Notes under the pieces: generated by a model
Databases searched by the model: none
Seen by the model: the letters and a program-made list of their open reading frames with translations, nothing else
Told to the model about the DNA's origin: nothing
Position numbers and translations under genes: made by a program
DNA from: Chara braunii
Lineage: Eukaryota > Plantae > Charophyceae
Reading direction: 5' to 3'
Assembly (NCBI GenBank): GCA_003427395.1
Contig: BFEA01000009.1
Span: 2,601,186-2,651,814, forward strand
DNA: 50,629 nt
In this document: one piece after another, positions 1 through 10,702 of the stretch
Layout of the letters: the number at the start of each line of letters is the position of its first letter
How positions within the stretch are numbered: the first letter of the stretch is position 1

Positions 1-545
1 GTGCTACGCAGATACTTGCTAAGCGCTATCGAGCGCATTGGTCCGGCCGCGTCACGTCGTCGCGAATATATATGGAGTTTCCGCAAACCGCTCCGGCCGA
101 GTGCGCCAGCCATACCTCTCGCGAGCCCCTACGATAGGATAAAGCCTACGCGAGGCATGACTTACCCCCATCTTACGGGAGCTGTCACCTCCCTTCGGTG
201 GGCGTATCCCCGCCGAGCTACCAGTCCACAGTACGAAAGCTGATCAGTTGCAATTGCAGAGGTGGACCAGCCGAGGGTGTTTGTCGTTCGTTGTAGCATA
301 GGGGGTACGCGCGGTATTACGCCTCTATCGGACCCGCACGCGAACCGACGCCTTGGGGTGCTAAGGTCGACTAGGACGCATCCCACACACCACGCATACA
401 CCACTCTAAAGAACATAGTATTTAAAAACACCCACATATACACATACATATACAGAACGACACGAAACAAATAATGTGACAATACTCCTAGTCCCTTAGT
501 AGCCATCCCATAACTTTCCGACGAGGGAATCGGATAGGCGTTACA
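1..545. mobile_element. Possible terminal fragment of an unrelated LTR (ends ...GGCGTTACA)
   Basis: Ends in GGCGTTACA (reverse complement TGTAACGCC, a typical Ty3/Gypsy LTR terminus) one base before LTR copy 1. No convincing ORF, and the other end is outside the window. Confidence 0.3.
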
Positions 546-546
546 T

Positions 547-3500
547 TGTCGGGCGGCCGAAGGTCAGTCAACAACCCGAATTTCGACGGATTGGGCCTTG
601 GATTAAGTGCCTAAAGAGGGATTGACCGGGACTTTCATCGGAGCCATCGGGAAAAATTAGGGGTCGGAAAAATAGCCCTAAAATTCCCCGAATCGACTAT
701 TGAAACTGACCGTTGAGATCAACAAGAGGAGCGGTCGTGCCTGCCCCGCCTAACACCTATCATTTTCGTCCGTTCCAAGGTTGTTCCCGAAGCGGCCGGC
801 CGCGGTACGGAGGCACAATAGTAGGCGTCGGCGCGTCGCTTTCACACTTAGCGATTGACGAAGGGATGACCCTTAAAATTTTATTAATACTGGCGACGAA
901 ATTAAAACTGAGGAAAAGAATTAAAAATAAAATAAGAGAAGAAAATAAATAAAAATTTGTTAATTAATTGATTTTCTTTACAATTCATTTTGGTAAAATT
1001 NTCCCCATTTTTCATCGATTTTAATGTCACCATTAAAAATGGGAAAGGGAAATTAAATAATAAAGGAGAATAAAAACGAATAATTATTGATCACTTGATT
1101 AAATTTTAGATGAAATTTATTTTGATGGATTTTGCTGAAGATTATCAAATCACCCTTGGTTTATCGATACGTATGGATTCCTAATGATTATGGACCGCCG
1201 CCTGGTTTTACCCGATTTGCCTAATTATTGGTCTCGGTGTGACCCCGATGTTCTTGAGTGAATAGGATTAGTTTGGGGGTTTACGGCTCTTTGGTGGCTG
1301 TGGGGTCACCGACACAACGCTGTTACGCTTATTGGTTCGTACCTGGTATGATACAATTATTGGGGCAACGTCGGTACGGGCTACTTCGGTTCACTGTTTA
1401 GACGACCGGGATGGTCGGTAGTTCGGAGCGGCATACTCATTGGTTGGGCGTCGACGCGGTGCTGCAGGTTGGTACTTACTTTCAGGCTTGGAACCGGTAC
1501 GGTCACTGGTTCGCCGCAGGTACGATTCACTTATGCAGCTCGATTGCTGCCGGTATGGCAACTGTACCAGGCCTGGATCTGCGCCACAAGGGCCGTTGTT
1601 GGGCCTATTGTTGGTCCCATTGTTATCGGGCCAAAGGTCTGTTCACCAGGCCTGGATCTATAGTCCAGGCCAACAAGTGGTACCGGGGCAGTTGCTGGTA
1701 CCGGGCCCGTTGCTGGTACCGGGCCAACAACTTTACCCATTTCTTTTCGGGCATGGGCCTGCCCACTCGGGTACCAGTCCAGCTGGTGGCTCAAGGGGGC
1801 AGCGTGCTGGCGGCTATACAAGGAACGACCTTCACTTTGTGGGGGGGTTCGCTTGGGGCGAAGAGCAGCGAACACGGTGTACACAGTGGGGGATTCAACG
1901 TACCCGGTGTACGCAGCCCACAGGGAAGCGGACCAGGAGTCTGCAGCTCGTGCTCCCGTTGTGCCCATTCGTGTAACCAAGCATGCTGCAACCATGGACG
2001 CACGGGCAAGAGAAGAGGGAGAAGTGTGCAACGTGTGCACAACACCCATGTTGTTGACTGGGGATATTCAGCAGCGGGGGAGACCAGGGGGAACTGAGTC
2101 TCATTGAAGTGACCAGGGGAAACGGAGTGCAGGGGGACGATGACCAGGGGGACGATGACCAGAGGAGACCGCAGCGGGATGGTTTGTGCCCGTTTCCGTG
2201 AGTAAGCGGGCTCAAGCCATGGCGGACATGACTGCCACAGCTTGACTTGCTAGTGATCCATCGCTGTCAGAGCAACAAGGCTGGAACACGAGCGAAGTTG
2301 CAATGCACGTCGGAGCTGATTTCCAAAATGACTAAGAGAGCTGGTTCACAGGACAGAAAGAACAGAGCCAGTGCAGACGTAAGTGAAGATGAGAGAGAAA
2401 CTGCAAAGAAAGTGAGAGAGAGGGAGAGTTCAGGGGGCGTACCAGGAGTATTGTGCACTGGTTTGACTGGGAGGCAAGAGATGGGGATGGATCATCGAAC
2501 TGGGAGTATTCAGGCATGGAAAGAGTGAGAAGAGGGGCGTGCTCGGTGTGCCCAGCTCATACTGGCGCGAGCGCAGGGAAAACAAGTGTTGGGGCAGTGC
2601 GCAAGGAAAGGAGCTGGGTTGGGACGTTCACGATGCTCAATGCCCTCTACAGATCGAAGTGATGCGTAGATGTACTCTCTCTCGAGATCAAGGGAAGAGC
2701 GCCTTGTGCCCTCCCCGGTCGTCACCACAGCAGGGGAGTATCAGATAGCTCAGTTGGAGACGAAAAAATATTATCCCGGTGCTGGCGGGGGTGCAGTTCA
2801 ATCATTTTCTGCCTGATTATCCCGCTGCTGGCGGGGGCAAAATCCAATTCCTTTCAATCTGATTATCCCGCTGCTGGCGGGGGTAAAATACAATCATATT
2901 CAATCTGATTATCCCGCTGCTGGTGGGTGTAGAACCCAATCGTTTTCGATTTGAATATCCCGCTGCAGGTGGGGGTGGAATTCAAACATTTTCAATCTGA
3001 TTATCCCGCTGCTGGTGGGGATAAAATCCAATCATTTTCAATCTGATTACCCCGCTGTCGGCGGGGGGGAAATCCAATCATNNNNNNNNNNNNNNNNNNN
3101 NNNNNNNNNNNNNNNNNNNNNNNNNNNNNNNNNNNNNNNNNNNNNNNNNNNNNNNNNNNNNNNNNNNNNNNNNNNNNNNNNNNNNNNNNNNNNNNNNNNN
3201 NNNNNNNNNNNNNNNNNNNNNNNNNNNNNNNNNNNNNNNNNNNNNNNNNNNNNGGGTAAAATCCAATCATTTTCAATCTGATTATCCCGCTGCTGGCGGG
3301 GGTAAAATCCAATCATATTCAATCTGATTATCCCGCTGCTAGCGGGAGCGGTCTTTAACGTGGCTGTTCCGCTGCTAGCGGGACCGATCTTCAACATGGA
3401 TGTTCCGCTGCTAGCGGGAGCGATCTTCAATGTGGCTGTTCCGCCGCTTGCGGGAGCAGTCTTCAATGTGGCTGTTCCGTTGCTAACGGGACCGGTAATC

Positions 3501-4857
3501 AATGTGGTTGTTCCGCTGCTAGTGGGAGCGATTTTCAATGTGGTTGTTCCGCTGCTAGCGGAAGCGGTCTTCAATGTGGTTGTTCCGCTGCTAGCAGAAC
3601 CGGTAATCAATGTGGTTGTGCCCCTGCTAGCAGGACCGGTATTCAATGTGGTTGTGCCACTGCTAGCGGGAGTGGTATTCAATGTGACTATTCCGCTGCA
3701 AGCGAGTGCGGTGTTCAATCTGGTTAACCCGCTGTTGGCGGGGGTGGTATTCAATCATATTCTGTCTGATTATCCCGCTGGAGGCGGGGGTAAAATTCAA
3801 TCAACTGGCAAGGATGGAATCCAATCATTTTCAATTTGATTATCCTGCAGGTGGCGGGGATGGAAATCAATCATATCTTGTCTGAGAACCCCGCTGCTAG
3901 CAGGATTGGTATTTAGTGTGACTTTTCCGCTACGGGCGAGAGCAGCATTCAATTTGATAACAGTGTATTTCAAGCCTAACATTCCTGTTGCTGGTTTGGA
4001 ACGGGTCTCCTCAGGGTGATCGGTACTCTTCAACGCCAACCAATCAGGTGAACCCACTGCTAATCCCGCTTTTAGCGGGAGCGGTGCTCTTCCGCGTGGC
4101 CAATCCTTTGAATAATAGAATTTTCTCTTTTATTTCGTATGCGTGAGAGGGAGAACTTGTGAGGAAGTAAAGGAGAGAAAAGGAGAAGAGAGGGGGTAAC
4201 AGGGAGCTCGTGGTCACGTAATGTCTTGATGGTTCTGGACGGCCTTGCGGGATTAAGTGGGACAGTGTCTAACCGCCTCGAGAACCCCCCCCCTTTCTTG
4301 TTTCCTTTCCCTTATATCGAGGGATCGAGAGTAAAGGGGGGGGAAGGATTTATTTATTTGTTAAATTACTCGACAGTTTATTTATTTCAACTCCTCGTTT
4401 AAGATCAATCTTCAACTCTCTACAACAGAGTCACAAGATATCGTGGTAGGGTTAAGTGTGCTTACAGACCTGTTGAGGAAAACAAGGGGAACGTTCCCGG
4501 AGGTGAACGAAGGTTCGGGTAAATAAGCGCAAGAGGGAGGGCTGGAAAGAAACTGTTAATGCCCGAGCGTGCGGTCAAGCCTCACTATCGGTCCTGCTAG
4601 TTGTTAATGGGGACGGGAGACTGGAAAAGAATTGTAACTTTGTACGGTGACCCCTGTTGATGAACGGTAGGGTGAAAGTGATCATGTGCGTATTAAGAGA
4701 CTGTTATTAAGCGCAGGTCTGGCAGGGCAGCGCAAACGCCGAGTCCCTGTCGCTCGCTGAGGACCTCGGAAGTGGGCGCAGCGAGTGACAGGCGTTGTAG
4801 CCCCTGGCTTCCGCGAGCGGTAGGCGCCCCTCCTCGGGTTTCCTCACAACTTTGGCG
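547..4857 (+). mobile_element. Long terminal repeat copy 1 (5' LTR) of an Athila-like Ty3/Gypsy retrotransposon, ~4.3 kb
   Basis: Starts TGTCGGGCGG. Homologous to 7869-10702 (offset 7322) and to the reverse complement of 10703-14893. Homology ends at TTCCTCACAACTTTG, directly at a tRNA-Asp PBS. Contains gap 3082-3253. Confidence 0.8.
2770..3900 (+). repeat. Compound minisatellite inside the LTR: 46-bp units followed by 36-bp units
   Basis: 46-bp unit TTCAATCTGATTATCCCGCTGCTGGCGGGGGTAAAATCCAATCAT(T/A), e.g. CCCGCTGCTG at 2821 and 2867. 36-bp unit TGGCTGTTCCGCTGCTAGCGGGACCGATCTTCAAC/TG, visible as the 12-aa repeat VAVPLLAGPIFN in ORF 3360-3839. Confidence 0.9.
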
Positions 4858-4870
4858 TCGTTGCCGGGGA
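4853..4870 (+). promoter_or_regulatory. Primer-binding site complementary to the 3' end of tRNA-Asp
   Basis: TGGCGTCGTTGCCGGGGA matches 17/18 of the plant tRNA-Asp(GTC) PBS TGGCGCCGTTGCCGGGGA used by Athila-lineage elements. It lies exactly at the LTR end. Confidence 0.85.
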
Positions 4871-5464
4871 GGGGATTGCACCCCCAAGGCCACGGCCTTC
4901 CCCAACCAACGGGGGTGCATGGGCTGATTAGTCAAACACTAATTGCCTACCGCGTGGGCGCGGGGAACGCAGCCCTAAGGTAGCCAAATCAATGAGACTA
5001 AGAGNNNNNNNNNNNNNNNNNNNNNNNNNNNNNNNNNNNNNNNNNNNNNNNNNNNNNNNNNNNNNNNNNNNNNNNNNNNNNNNNNNNNNNNNNNNNNNNN
5101 NNNNNNNNNNNNNNNNNNNNNNNNNNNNNNNNNNNNNNNNNNNNNNNNNNNNNNNNNNNNNNNNNNNNNNNNNNNNNNNNNNNNNNNNNNNNNNNNNNNN
5201 NNNNNNNNNNNNNNNNNNNNNNNNNNNNNNNNNNNNNNNNNNNNNNNNNNNNNNNNNNNNNNNNNNNNNNNNNNNNNNNNNNNNNNNNNNNNNNNNNNNN
5301 NNNNNNNNNNNNNNNNNNNNNNNNNNNNNNNNNNNNNNNNNNNNNNNNNNNNNNNNNNNNNNNNNNNNNNNNNNNNNNNNNNNNNNNNNNNNNNNNNNNN
5401 NNNNNNNNNNNNNNNNNNNNNNNNNNNNNNNNNNNNNNNNNNNNNNNNNNNNNNNNNNNNNNNN

Positions 5465-5465
5465 N

Positions 5466-5540
<75 letters not shown>

Positions 5541-5608
5541 GAGTTTTGTTCCGTTTGTTGATACGTGTGAGTGTGTGTGTGTGTGTGTGTGAGTGAGAGA
5601 GAGAGAGA

Positions 5609-5639
<31 letters not shown>

Positions 5640-5640
5640 G
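5465..5640. repeat. (TG)n/(GA)n compound microsatellite
   Basis: Two TG-then-GA tracts adjoining the gap 5005-5464. Confidence 0.95.
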
Positions 5641-7519
5641 CTGAAGGACAAAATTGAAATATGGGTCAAATTGCAGCCGCAATCTATTTCGCAGTTGGAA
5701 TGATTTTTTTTAATTTATGTAGCGTTTTTCCTGGAAAGATCACAACAAAATCTACGAATACTCACTGAATTTTGAGTACTTTTTTAGTTAGCCCAAGCAT
5801 GGCTGAGTGACAAAAATAAAAAAGGTGTTGAATCGGCGTGACGATTATTTCGCAGTCTAATTGATTTTTTGTAAATGTTCTATTATTATTTCTGGAAAGA
5901 ACACGACCTCATCTATGGATTCTTAAAATTTCAGATTTTCCTGCATGTTCGTCTGAGCACAGAAAATCGCGAAAGTTGCCTCTTGCAAAACGCCTGTTTC
6001 GTTGTGCCTGACCTGCCTGTTTTGAATAGACGGGGCTCAACGCCTGGGCCTGAGGGCCCTTTTGCAGTTCACATGCCCTCACTTCTTTTTGGGGTCCGCT
6101 TCTACCAGAGGACCGGTCCAATGCCCCCCACTTCTTTTTGGGGTCCACTTCCACCTGAGGACCGGTCCTTCGTTTTTCCAAAAGTTCCGGTTCTACCAGA
6201 GCTAGCTGTAGGTAGTCCGCAATTTTGGCAAGGACCGGTCCCCCAATTTTTTTTGCCCCTGAAGAACCCACTTGCGTCGTGGTCGCCCCTCGCCAAAAAT
6301 GTAGCTTGTTTTCTTGATTAGTTTTATTTTTGATAATTGTTTTATTTATTTTTTTTGAAATATCTTCTGATCCGCGCGTTTTTGCGCGAACTACACCGGG
6401 GGCAAAGTTCGTCTCCTCGAAGAGACGAACATTTTGGGACCCTTTTCGGTAAATTCTAACGGCTAAATTTTTGAAAAATTAATTTTCTTTAATTTTATAA
6501 TTATTAATTTGAAATTTTTCTTTTTCTTTTTTTATTAAATACAGAAAATAAGACCGAAATCTGGGGAAAACCCCTTAGACCAAAGTTGTCCAGTATGCTT
6601 TCCCCGACATTTTGAGACTTTAGTCGGGGAAAACGGGCGTCGTTTGTAGAAACGGTGGGCCCCAGCAGATAAGAAAAGGAAAAGAAAATAAAGGGAAAAT
6701 TTGAATTTTTCTGTAATTTTATTAAAATTAAAAAAAAAAATGAATCCGATAACTTTTTACCCCAAACCTAAAAGGATCCTATGAAAATTTTCCCGGTGAT
6801 CCGGGGATTTATGGTGTGTGTGAGGTCGTGCGTGAAATGGAAACCCTAATGGCGCTAAGCCCTACCTAGCTAATTAGATATAAAATAAATTAATCATAGT
6901 TTATTTAACTTCTTTTATTATTAACTATAGAGCCGAGCGAATTTGGCCGATGGACATCCGGACCAAAGTCGGCCGGTTTATTTTTCCGAGACTTTGAGAC
7001 CCTCCGCGGGTGAAACCGGAGGAGGAGAACTTAATTTGAGTAATTAAGTTGATATTCTAAAATTAAATTTCTTTAATTCAAGATACTGTTTATTTTTATA
7101 ACCCGAAATTAAGGCAGTTTTAACGGTTATCCGTCGGGGGGAAATCTATTCGAAAGACTTTTCCCGAAATTTTGAAACCTTCTGCGTGCACAACCGACGT
7201 ACCAAACTTTCAGAAAAGAATAAAACATACAAAATAAATTATAAATTTAAATAAAAATTTCCTTTAAATCTTTCAAAATATCATATTAAATACTAAAATT
7301 AAAAATAAAATCAATTAAAATCCTTTTTATATTTTTGATCGACTGACAAATCATATTTTGTGATAACGCCCATATTGGAGGGAATTTGTATTCTCCCTCA
7401 AATAACGCAAATGTCGTGTATTTTGATATTTTTCGAATAAGGCATCACACCCTCCCGCCCGCCCTTCTCACTAAGAAGTTTTGCATATCGCAGGCTGCTG
7501 CTGATCAGAGGTGCGGCCC

Positions 7520-7822
7520 TCCCGCCCACCTCTTCTCTTGGGCTCTGCAAACCAGGGTTTGCGGCGACCTCGAACAACTGAAAACGGGTCCGGGCTATCG
7601 CCCGGAAGCTCATCAAGCCATCAGGCGTGGGACCCTCCCACCCACCTCTTCTCTTGGGCTCTGCTCACCAGGGTTTGCGGCGCTCCCGAGCAACTCAAAA
7701 TGGGTCCGAGATGTCGCCCGGAAGCTCAATTCAAGCCATCCCAACGCCCCGACAGAAGTTTCTAGCGTTGTTGTTAGGACATAAGGGACTGTTCACAAAT
7801 GGGTCCGAGCTATCGCCCGAAC
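7520..7822 (+). repeat. ~115-bp tandem repeat, two copies plus a partial third
   Basis: CCACCTCTTCTCTTGGGCTCTGC...CCAGGGTTTGCGGCG...GGGTCCG...TCGCCCGGAAGCTCA at ~7526 and ~7641. GGGTCCGAGCTATCGCCCG recurs at ~7801. Confidence 0.8.
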
Positions 7823-7868
7823 AGGTTGAGGGTTCGACGGGGGCGTCTAGAAGAGGTCCGGGCTTGTT

Positions 7869-10702
7869 TGTCAGGCGACCGAAGGTCAGTCGGCCAACCG
7901 AATTTCGACGGATTGGGCCTTGGATTAAGTGCCTAAAGAGGGATTGACCGGGACTTTCATCGGAGCCACCGGGAAAAATTAGGGGTCGGAAAGATAGCCC
8001 TAAAATTCCCCGGATCGACTATTGAAACTGACCGTTGAGATCAACAAGAGGAGCGGTCGTGCCTGCCGCGCCTAACACCTATCATTTTCGTCCGTTCCAA
8101 GGTTGTTCCCGAAGCGGCCGGACGTGGTACGGAGGCACGGTAGTAGGCGTCGGCGCGTCGCTTTCACACTTAGCGATTGACGAAGGGATGACCCTTAAAA
8201 TTTTATTAATACTGGCGACGAAATTAAAACTGAGGAAAAGAATTAAAAATAAAATAAGAGAAGAAAATAAATAAAAATTTGTTAATNAATTGATTTTCTT
8301 TACAATTCATTTTGGTAAAATTNTCCCCATTTTTCATCGATTTTAATGTCACCATTAAAAATGGGAAAGGGAAATTAAATAATAAAGGAGAATAAAAACG
8401 AATAATTATTGATCACTTGATTAAATTTTAGATGAAATTTATTTTGATGGATTTTGCTGAAGATTATCAAATCACCCTTGGTTTATCGATACGTATGGAT
8501 TCCTAATGATTATGGACCGCCGCCTGGTTTTACCCGATTTGCCTAATTATTGGTCTCGGTGTGACCCCGATGTTCTTGAGTGAATAGGATTAGTTTGGGG
8601 GTTTACGGCTCTTTGGTGGCTGTGGGGTCACCGACACAACGCTGTTACGCTTATTGGTTCGTACCTGGTATGATACAATTATTGGGGCAACGTCGGTACG
8701 GGCTACTTCGGTTCACTGTTTAGACGACCGGGATGGTCGGTAGTTCGGAGCGGCATACTCATTGGTTGGGCGTCGACGCGGTGCTGCAGGTTGGTACTTA
8801 CTTTCAGGCTTGGAACCGGTACGGTCACTGGTTCGCCGCAGGTACGATTCACTTATGCAGCTCGATTGCTGCCGGTATGGCAACTGTACCAGGCCTGGAT
8901 CTGCGCCACAAGGGCCGTTGTTGGGCCTATTGTTGGTCCCATTGTTATCGGGCCAAAGGTCTGTTCACCAGGCCTGGATCTATAGTCCAGGCCAACAAGT
9001 GGTACCGGGGCAGTTGCTGGTACCGGGCCCGTTGCTGGTACCGGGCCAACAACTTTACCCATTTCTTTTCGGGCATGGGCCTGCCCACTCGGGTACCAGT
9101 CCAGCTGGTGGCTCAAGGGGGCAGCGTGCTGGCGGCTATACAAGGAACGACCTTCACTTTGTGGGGGGGTTCGCTTGGGGCGAAGAGCAGCGAACACGGT
9201 GTACACAGTGGGGGATTCAACGTACCCGGTGTACGCAGCCCACAGGGAAGCGGACCAGGAGTCTGCAGCTCGTGCTCCCGTTGTGCCCATTCGTGTAACC
9301 AAGCATGCTGCAACCATGGACGCACGGGCAAGAGAAGAGGGAGAAGTGTGCAACGTGTGCACAACACCCATGTTGTTGACTGGGGATATTCAGCAGCGGG
9401 GGAGACCAGGGGGAACTGAGTCTCATTGAAGTGACCAGGGGAAACGGAGTGCAGGGGGACGATGACCAGGGGGACGATGACCAGAGGAGACCGCAGCGGG
9501 ATGGTTTGTGCCCGTTTCCGTGAGTAAGCGGGCTCAAGCCATGGCGGACATGACTGCCACAGCTTGACTTGCTAGTGATCCATCGCTGTCAGAGCAACAA
9601 GGCTGGAACACGAGCGAAGTTGCAATGTGTGTCGGAGCTGATTTCCAAAATGACTAAGAGAGCTGGTTCACAGGACAGAAAGAACAGAGCCAGTGCAGAC
9701 GTAAGTGAAGATGAGAGAGAAACTGCAAAGAAAGTGAGAGAGGGATAGTTTGGGGGGCGTACTAGGAGTACTGTGCGCTGGTTTGACTGGGAGGCAAGAG
9801 ATGGGGATGGAACAGCAAACGGGGAGTATTCAGGCATGGAAAGAGTGAGAAGTGGGGCGTGCCCGGTGTGCCCAGCTCATACTGGTGCGAGCGCAGGGAA
9901 GAGAAGTGTTGGGGCAGTGTGCAAGGAAAGGAGTTGAGTTGGGACGTTCACGGTGCTCACTGCCCTCTACAGATCGAAGTGATTCGTAGATGTACTCTCT
10001 CTCGAGATCAAGGGAAGAGCGCCTTGTGCCCTCCCCGGTCGTCACGACAGCAGGGGAGCATCAGATAGCTCGGTTGGAGAGGAAAAAAGATTATCGCGCT
10101 GCTAGCGGGGGTGAAGTTCAATCATTTTCTGCCTGATTATCGCGCTGCTAGCGGGGGTAAAATCCAATCATTTTCAATCTGATTATCCCGCTGCCGGCGG
10201 GGGTAAAATACAATCATATTCAATCTGATTATCCAGCTACTGGCGGGTGTAGAACCCAATCGTTTTCGATCTGAATATCCCGCTGCAAGCGGGGGTGGAA
10301 TTCAAACATTTTCAATCTGATTATCCCGCTGCTGGTGGGGGTAAAATCCAATCAATTTCAATCTGATTACCCCGTTGTTGGCGGGGGTAAAATCCAATCA
10401 TATTCAATCTGATTATCCCGCTTCTGGCGGATTATCCCACTGCTGGCGTGAGTAAAATCCAATCATATTCAATCTGATTATCCCGTTGCTAGCAGGAGCA
10501 GTCTTCAAAGTGGTTGTTCCGCTGCTAGCGGGACTGATCTTCAACATGGTTGTTCCGCTGCTAGCGGGAGCGATCTTCAATGTGGCTGTTCCGCTGCTTG
10601 CGGGAGCGGTCTTTAATGTGGCTGTTCCGCTGCTAACGGGACCGGTAATCAATGTGGTTGTTCTTCTGCTAGCGGGAGCGATCTTTAATGTGGCTGTTCC
10701 GT
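7869..10702 (+). mobile_element. LTR copy 2, 3'-truncated within the 36-bp minisatellite
   Basis: Starts TGTCAGGCGACC. Colinear with copy 1 (identical ORF translations 8733-9419 vs 1411-2097). Stops abruptly at the end of copy 3. Confidence 0.85.

Noticed and set aside
1411-2215. Overlapping ORFs in the LTR copies
   Set aside because: GC-rich, no recognisable domain, and frames differ in copy 3.
3047-3839. Repetitive proteins (235 aa and 159 aa; also 11780-12359)
   Set aside because: By-products of a 36-bp minisatellite that is stop-free on both strands inside an LTR. No independent coding evidence.
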